From assembly GCA_041642175.1 (NCBI GenBank), contig JBEPWV010000001.1:1-31685 (forward strand): DNA of 31,685 bases. Reading direction: 5' to 3'. This stretch comes from Clostridia bacterium. Lineage in GTDB: Bacteria > Bacillota > Clostridia > Tissierellales > Dethiosulfatibacteraceae. The position numbers and the translations under genes were made by a program. Below are positions 25,837 through 31,685 of the stretch, piece after piece. The notes below the pieces were generated by a model. That model was given only the letters and a program-made list of their open reading frames with translations. It was not told the origin of the DNA and made no database searches. The first letter of the stretch is position 1; the number at the start of each line of letters is the position of its first letter.

Positions 25837-27353
25837 ATTTGCTTGATTTTTTCTATATACTCACTTATTTTTTCAGATGCATTATTTTTTATATGATTTT
25901 GATTTTCAACTTCTCCTTTTAAAAAATCCCAAAAAGCTGCAGTCATATTTGCTTCGTTTATTGCAAATATCATAAAAGGTTCTTCATTCTTAGATACAAT
26001 CACTCCAACATCTTCTTTGCAGTATATGCAATATTCTTTTTTTTCGTCTTTCTTCTCTAAAATCAAATTGTAGTTTTCGTACTTTTCATTTATTTTTTTG
26101 ATATTTTCCAAATGTTCAAGTAATTCATTTTTTTTATAATAAACAGGTTCCAATCCTAATATGTTCGAAAAATTAATCATAACATTTTCAAACTTTACAT
26201 CTTCAATTTCAGGTATAGATATTATATCCTCAAACTTACAATTATTTAGATTTTCTTCAAAAATCTTCTTTCTCTTTTTTATGTATTCTTTTAATTCAAT
26301 TTTTTTATCATAATTAATTCTATTTATTATTTTATTAGCTGTATTTAGAGGCATCGTTGTTAAAGAGAGAGGCTTAGTCTTAAGCACTACATCTCCCTGT
26401 TCCTTCTCAAATTCGGAAAGTGTTGATAAGTACTCTTCTCTACTGTTTTTATTGAAAATTTTCATTAAAGGCTTGCATAATCTCAAGTAATTATTAAATT
26501 CTATTTCTATTCCCTTCACAGCTTTAATATTTTGAACCAAATAGTTGATTGTACTGTCTTCCATATTTCCAACTCCTGATGCTGTAAGGGTTGCTGTATT
26601 AGGTGCTACAAACATAGTTCTTTTAAAAATTCCATCTCTTTTTCTCGGGTAATAATATGGCTCTATAGCTCCTGTCATATACAAAGGCATCCATTCCGAT
26701 ATAGATGCTAACATTTCATAGAGATTTCTACTTACTGTGTGTATTATTTTAATTTTGTTTCCCTTTAAAATAACTTGTATCATGAGTTTTTTCCATTTAT
26801 CTCTAAAAGCTGAGTTTCCCGTCAACCATTCCATACTTTCATCACTAAAAAGCAAAAGAGTTTGAGGTTGGTTTTCTTCTAAAACAAGAGATAAAAAATC
26901 TGAAACTCCTTCTCTTTTTCCCTCTATCCCCTTGTACATCTTTACATCCTTTTTAATAATATTATTACTGTTAACATTAGTTCCCCAACTATCTGTTTTT
27001 TTAAATTGAAAATTTGAAAATCCTTCTAGAAATCCTTCAATTGCTTTGCTTTCACCTTCCTTTTCATCTGTAAGCCATTCGTACAAGATTTGAGATGTGT
27101 CTTTGCTTCCATTGTTAATAAACCCACTACTTTTTAAAACCTCCAAAATCGCTTTTCTTTGATAACTCTCTGTAATATGTTTTATAAAGTAGTCTGCCAT
27201 ATATTTTACATAGTTTTCACTCTTTGCTAAATTTCTTTTACCCCGTCTAAGTCTACTTATATAAGAAGAATCCAGTGAAGTATACATAGCTAAATCACTA
27301 TTTTTTGTCTTTGTTAAATTCATTAAAAAATCAAGTTTTTCATTAAAATTCAT
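25833..27353 (-). CDS. Large transcriptional regulator: N-terminal XRE-like HTH plus an uncharacterised domain of about 430 aa
   Basis: NSDLAMYTSLDSSYISRLRRGKR is XRE-HTH-like. The gene is divergent from the SLH operon. Confidence 0.7.
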   Translation of the reverse strand: MNFNEKLDFLMNLTKTKNSDLAMYTSLDSSYISRLRRGKRNLAKSENYVKYMADYFIKHITESYQRKAILEVLKSSGFINNGSKDTSQILYEWLTDEKEGESKAIEGFLEGFSNFQFKKTDSWGTNVNSNNIIKKDVKMYKGIEGKREGVSDFLSLVLEENQPQTLLLFSDESMEWLTGNSAFRDKWKKLMIQVILKGNKIKIIHTVSRNLYEMLASISEWMPLYMTGAIEPYYYPRKRDGIFKRTMFVAPNTATLTASGVGNMEDSTINYLVQNIKAVKGIEIEFNNYLRLCKPLMKIFNKNSREEYLSTLSEFEKEQGDVVLKTKPLSLTTMPLNTANKIINRINYDKKIELKEYIKKRKKIFEENLNNCKFEDIISIPEIEDVKFENVMINFSNILGLEPVYYKKNELLEHLENIKKINEKYENYNLILEKKDEKKEYCIYCKEDVGVIVSKNEEPFMIFAINEANMTAAFWDFLKGEVENQNHIKNNASEKISEYIEKIKQI

Positions 27354-27407
27354 TCCAACACCCCCATGAATAAGATTATATCAAAGTATATATTTAAGCA
27401 CAATATT

Positions 27408-27445
27408 TTTGTCACAAATCATGCCAAAGTATTGTCAATGACAAA
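27408..27445. promoter_or_regulatory. TGTCA repeat/palindrome array, candidate operator
   Basis: TGTCA (27410), TGCCA (27422) and TGTCA (27433) with an 11-12 bp period, plus the palindrome TTGTCA-A-TGACAA (27432-27444). Confidence 0.5.
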
Positions 27446-27505
27446 TAGCATATATGTACCTTTTTAGATTTCAAAAGTTGTATAATCAATAATGAGGTGG
27501 TGTTT

Positions 27506-27805
27506 ATGGAGGTGAAGTACTATATAAAAGTTAAAACAGGATTTTTTAAGACAACTAAATATCAATTAGTAGTTAAAAAGAGTCTTGTAGAATTAATCCC
27601 TGAAAATAATGATTCCAAAAAAATTTTTCTCAAAGAAGATGAAATTTTATCAGTCTCTTTGAGAAAAAAAGATGAATTACATTTAGATTTTAATTTAAAG
27701 GAAGGTGGAATTACAGGTAGATTACTAGACATACAGAATATTCAAAAAATTTTCAAACTTTTGAAAGAAAATATTAACAAAAATATAATCTATGAGGAGG
27801 ATTAA
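27506..27805 (+). CDS. Hypothetical protein of about 99 aa (beta-rich, possibly PH-like)
   Basis: GAGGTGG RBS before ATG 27506. The stop lies 3 nt before the SLH gene. Confidence 0.65.
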   Translation: MEVKYYIKVKTGFFKTTKYQLVVKKSLVELIPENNDSKKIFLKEDEILSVSLRKKDELHLDFNLKEGGITGRLLDIQNIQKIFKLLKENINKNIIYEED

Positions 27806-27808
27806 GGA

Positions 27809-30800
27809 ATGTATAAGAAAATTTTAAGTTGGTTATTAACGGTCATAATGATTTTTTCAATGTTTGGGGGGATAGGTTTAGAAGGTTTTGGTATAAGTGA
27901 TCCTGAATGTAAAATTGATGAAACAGAATATTTATTATTTGCAGATGCTTTAACCGCTTCAGTTGATGGCGATACTATTACTTTATTAAAAAACGTTAAT
28001 CACACTGGTAAAATTACAATCACCGGCAATAAAATCACCTTCAATTTAAATGGGTTTAATCTCAATTTATCTAATACTGGTGATACTACGGTTGAAGTTA
28101 GTTCAGGTGGAGAAATCGATTTAGTAGGAGAAGGTGAATTTAATGTAGTAGGAACTAATTTAGGGACAACTGGATATTATGATCTTAGAGGTACTGTAAC
28201 TATTAAAAATGGAGGTAAAATAACAGTTACTAATGTCACTTCTACAGGTAATAGTGGCTATCCTGCTTATGGTATATATGTTTCGGATGGAGCGGCAACT
28301 GTTTTAAATAATGTTGAAACTTCCGGAACCAAACGTTTAGGAATATTTGCTACAGGTATTAACTCTTCTGCAGTAGTTTATAATAATGTTAAATCTTTAA
28401 ATAGTGCAGCTGTACAATTATATGATAATTCAAATATTACCGTTTATGGTAATGTTGAGGGCGTTTACGGTGTAGATGCTAATAATTCTACCGTTTTAGT
28501 TAAGGGTGATGCTGTTGGAGTATCAGCTGGCGCTAGAGCTCTGAGTGGAGCTCAAGTTTATATCGGAGGCAATACAACGTCTTCAGGAAATAATTCCTAC
28601 GGAGCGTATTCAACTCAAGAGAATTCATTTATTAGTGTTTCTGGTAGTGCTATAAGCTATGGAGATTACAGTAGAGGAACTTTCGCTGGAGCTGGAGCAG
28701 AAGCTTTGATTATAGGAAACTCAGAGTCAAGAGGAAATGATGGAGATGGAGTTTATACTACTTATAATTCCAATGTAAGAATTAAAGGAAATGTAATATC
28801 AGAAAGTGGCACTGGAGTATGGGCTTGGCATAATTTGGAAAATAAACCTTCTGTTACAATCGATGGTGAAATAGTTGCTGAAACCTTTATAGAGTTTGGT
28901 AGTAGTCCTACCACTTACAATATAGATAATTATTTCACTCCAACTACTAAAGTAGGTTATTTTACATACACAGACGGCAACAGTACTGTTTGGGTTTCAT
29001 ATCCAGCTGTTTGGGGCATAGAGATAGAGTCTACTGATATGTATCCTTTTGCTGGTGGAGATGGTTCATCAGAAGAAACAGCTTACGAGATATCCACTGC
29101 TAATCAATTGGCTCAACTTGCATATAATGTAAACAACGGAAATAAGTATACAGATAAATATTTTAAACTATCTGGAGATATAAATCTTTCAGGAAAAGAA
29201 TGGGTACCTATTGGAAATATTGAAGCAAATTATTTTAATGGATTTTTCGATGGAAATAATAATTGTATAGAAGGTCTAACAATAGGTAGTACAACTGATT
29301 TTAACTCCTCATATTATGCTTCAGGTTTGTTTGGAGTAATTGGGTCAAATTCATTAATAGAAAATTTAAAAGTACTAGATTCAACAATATATTCTAATAC
29401 TACCATGGGCACTGGTATGTTAGCAGGATATAATAATGGTGGAAATATAAATCATTGTGGTACTTCAGGAGAAATCACTTCATATTCTAGTATTGGAGGA
29501 CTAGTAGGTCGAAATGCTGGAAGTATATATAATTCATACAGTGATGTAGATTTGACAAGTGATAGAAATTCTATAGGAGGATTTGTTGGATATAATGATA
29601 GTGGTAATATTTATAACTGTTATGCAACTGGTGACGTTGTTGGAGGAGCATACTCTCATGCAGGTGGATTCATCGGTTATACTGTTTCCTGGAGCGGTAC
29701 AAGTATTATTGAAAATTCCTATGCTACAGGTAATGTTTCAGGTAGCGCCTGGGGATATTTAGGCGGTTTTTACGGACGGAGCTATCAAGGAACTTCTTTT
29801 ATGAATACTTATTGGAATGCAGATGCCGAAATAATTGCTTCTGAATACCATGGATATACTCCTTCAGTTCATGGAAGCAACGAAAATGGTCTTGCTAATC
29901 CTTCTGCTACCATGAAGAGCGAAACCTTTGTTACCCAATTAAATAATAATCTACCTGAACCAAAAACTGATTATTACAAATGGATTATAGATACAAGAAA
30001 AAACCAAGGATATCCTATTCATAATAGTATTTTTACAATAGCACCAGAAGAACCATCTCCATCTCCTAGACCATCCTTACCTAGTCTTGAAATTGAAACA
30101 ACAACTCTTAAAGATGGAATTGAAGGCGAAGAATACAAAGTTGAATTAAAAGCTGAAGGTGGAATATCTCCATACAGTTGGTCAGCAGAAGGACTTCCTT
30201 CAGGTCTTTCAATTAATAAAGGAGGCCTAATCTCAGGCACCTCAGAAGAAAATGGAAGTTTTTCAGTAAAAATAGAACTTATGGACAGTAGAAATTACTA
30301 CAGAAGTAAGATTTTCGATTTATTAATAGAAGGTGTTAAAGATGATGAGAATAATGAAGATACAGAAAGTGAAGAAGCTTCTTTTATTGATATAAAAGAC
30401 CACTGGTCAAAGGATTATATAAAGGAAGTTGTATCTAAAAATATAATAAAAGGTTATCCAGATGGTACCTTTAAACCTGAAAACAAAATCACAAGAGAAG
30501 AATTTGCATCTATACTAATAAGAGCATTAGGATTACAAACTGAGACAGGTATGTCATTTGCAGATACCCTAAATAGATGGTCAACTGATAGTATTTCAAC
30601 AGCTGTATATTACAATATTATCGCCGGCTACAATGAAAACACCTTCGGTCCTAGTGATCCTATTACTAGAGAGCAAATGGCTGTTATGATAGCTAGGGCT
30701 CTAAAGTTAGATGGACAAGATGAAGAGACAACTCTAAGGGATGTAAATCAATCATCATCCTGGGCAAAAGCTTCTATTATAGCTGCCGTAAAAGAAGGCT

Positions 30801-30910
30801 TATTAGATGGTTATCCAGATGGTACATTCAGAGCTAAAAACAATTTAACTAGAGCAGAAGCTATAAAAGTAATATTTAATCTATTGAACAATTTAGAAAA
30901 TTCTAATTAA
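27809..30910 (+). CDS. Secreted S-layer-homology (SLH) surface protein with a beta-helix-like region, GLUG-type repeats and a putative Ig domain
   Basis: Signal peptide; repeats GGLVGRN/GGFVGYN/GGFIGY; Pro-rich linker; GLPSGLSI Ig-like segment; three SLH repeats (GYPDGTFKPENKITREEFA, FGPSDPITREQMA, GYPDGTFRAKNNLTRAEA). Confidence 0.9.
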   Translation: MYKKILSWLLTVIMIFSMFGGIGLEGFGISDPECKIDETEYLLFADALTASVDGDTITLLKNVNHTGKITITGNKITFNLNGFNLNLSNTGDTTVEVSSGGEIDLVGEGEFNVVGTNLGTTGYYDLRGTVTIKNGGKITVTNVTSTGNSGYPAYGIYVSDGAATVLNNVETSGTKRLGIFATGINSSAVVYNNVKSLNSAAVQLYDNSNITVYGNVEGVYGVDANNSTVLVKGDAVGVSAGARALSGAQVYIGGNTTSSGNNSYGAYSTQENSFISVSGSAISYGDYSRGTFAGAGAEALIIGNSESRGNDGDGVYTTYNSNVRIKGNVISESGTGVWAWHNLENKPSVTIDGEIVAETFIEFGSSPTTYNIDNYFTPTTKVGYFTYTDGNSTVWVSYPAVWGIEIESTDMYPFAGGDGSSEETAYEISTANQLAQLAYNVNNGNKYTDKYFKLSGDINLSGKEWVPIGNIEANYFNGFFDGNNNCIEGLTIGSTTDFNSSYYASGLFGVIGSNSLIENLKVLDSTIYSNTTMGTGMLAGYNNGGNINHCGTSGEITSYSSIGGLVGRNAGSIYNSYSDVDLTSDRNSIGGFVGYNDSGNIYNCYATGDVVGGAYSHAGGFIGYTVSWSGTSIIENSYATGNVSGSAWGYLGGFYGRSYQGTSFMNTYWNADAEIIASEYHGYTPSVHGSNENGLANPSATMKSETFVTQLNNNLPEPKTDYYKWIIDTRKNQGYPIHNSIFTIAPEEPSPSPRPSLPSLEIETTTLKDGIEGEEYKVELKAEGGISPYSWSAEGLPSGLSINKGGLISGTSEENGSFSVKIELMDSRNYYRSKIFDLLIEGVKDDENNEDTESEEASFIDIKDHWSKDYIKEVVSKNIIKGYPDGTFKPENKITREEFASILIRALGLQTETGMSFADTLNRWSTDSISTAVYYNIIAGYNENTFGPSDPITREQMAVMIARALKLDGQDEETTLRDVNQSSSWAKASIIAAVKEGLLDGYPDGTFRAKNNLTRAEAIKVIFNLLNNLENSN

Positions 30911-30936
30911 TCAAAAATAATTTTGTTAAAGATTCA

Positions 30937-30974
30937 TAAAGACAGCAGACAAAAATCTGCTGTCTTTATTTTTA
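30937..30974 (+). terminator. Intrinsic terminator after the SLH gene
   Basis: TAAAGACAGCAGA-CAAAAA-TCTGCTGTCTTTA followed by a T-run. Confidence 0.85.
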
Positions 30975-31008
30975 ATCCCATCTTAATAAAAATATAACCA
31001 AACATTGA

Positions 31009-31037
31009 TTGTACACAACCTAAAGTAATGTTAAAAT
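31009..31037 (+). promoter_or_regulatory. SigA-type promoter of lemA
   Basis: TTGTAC-17 nt-TAAAAT with an extended -10 TG. Confidence 0.55.
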
Positions 31038-31066
31038 ATAATAAATAATTATACTAGGAGGAAATT

Positions 31067-31618
31067 ATGTTTATATTTGTTGGTATTATAATAGTAATAG
31101 CAGTATATTTGATTTTTGCATATAATAAATTTATAACCCTTAAGGAAAGAGTTGCCAATGCCTGGTCGCAGGTGGAGGTACAGTTAAAAAGAAGATACGA
31201 CCTTATTCCAAATCTTGTAAACACTGTGAAGGCTTATGCTAAACACGAGCAGGAAACTTTTGAAAAAATTACTCAAGCGAGATCCCAGGCTATAAATGCA
31301 CAATCTGTGAATGAACAGGCTCAAGCTGAAAGTCAACTTACAAACACTCTTAAATCTTTATTTGCAGTAGCTGAAAGCTATCCTGAATTAAAAGCAGATG
31401 CAAATTTTAGAAATTTGCAGGATGAACTTACAAATACAGAAGGTAAAATATCTTTTTCAAGACAGTTTTATAATGACACCGTACAGAAATTTAATACGAT
31501 GATTAAGTTATTTCCAAACAGTCTAATTGCTGGAATATTTAATTTCACTGAAGCTGAATATTTCAACTTAGAAGAAGAGCCTGAAGCGAGAGAAAATGTT
31601 GAAGTAAAATTTGATTGA
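31067..31618 (+). CDS. lemA: LemA family protein
   Basis: N-terminal TM, AWSQVEVQLKRRYDLIPNLV, AESYPELKADANF and YNDTV..FN..I..FP. Confidence 0.95.
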   Translation: MFIFVGIIIVIAVYLIFAYNKFITLKERVANAWSQVEVQLKRRYDLIPNLVNTVKAYAKHEQETFEKITQARSQAINAQSVNEQAQAESQLTNTLKSLFAVAESYPELKADANFRNLQDELTNTEGKISFSRQFYNDTVQKFNTMIKLFPNSLIAGIFNFTEAEYFNLEEEPEARENVEVKFD

Positions 31619-31629
31619 TGAGGTTTAAT

Positions 31630-31685
31630 ATGAAGAATAACAAGAAGATATTACTTGGGTTTGTAATGTCTTTAATATTAATTTT
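31630..31685 (+). CDS. Start of an exported or membrane protein co-transcribed with lemA (partial)
   Basis: GAGG RBS, then MKNNKKILLGFVMSLILI, a signal-peptide-like N-terminus running off the window. Confidence 0.55.
   Translation, partial: MKNNKKILLGFVMSLILI

Overview
Low-GC, gene-dense Firmicutes (Clostridia/Tissierellia-like) chromosomal DNA, genetic code 11. I see no mobile element, CRISPR array, rRNA or tRNA. From left to right the window holds: a CUT2-type ABC importer with a DUF3798-like lipoprotein; a 10-gene Mrp/Mbh-type cation/H+ antiporter cluster with two MrpD paralogs and no MrpA; DegV, DUF4332, a DEAD-box helicase, a membrane-anchored MsrAB and an SGNH hydrolase; a trimeric [FeFe]-hydrogenase operon whose NuoF-like beta subunit is fused to a GltD/NfnB-like flavin module; an MBL-fold hydrolase; an SDR, a nitrilase-family enzyme and a variant peptide deformylase; a large HTH regulator divergent from an SLH surface-protein operon; and lemA. 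The main finding is that the '67-aa' lipoprotein ORF at 23053-23256 ends at a TGA which is probably selenocysteine. The frame stays open for 60 more HesB/IscA-like codons to TAA at 22870, and a SECIS-like hairpin follows the TGA. This predicts a 128-aa lipoprotein-anchored HesB-like selenoprotein with a vicinal Cys-Sec motif. Rex-like operators lie upstream of this gene, the SDR and the hydrogenase operon. All family assignments come from motif recognition by eye; no searches were run.
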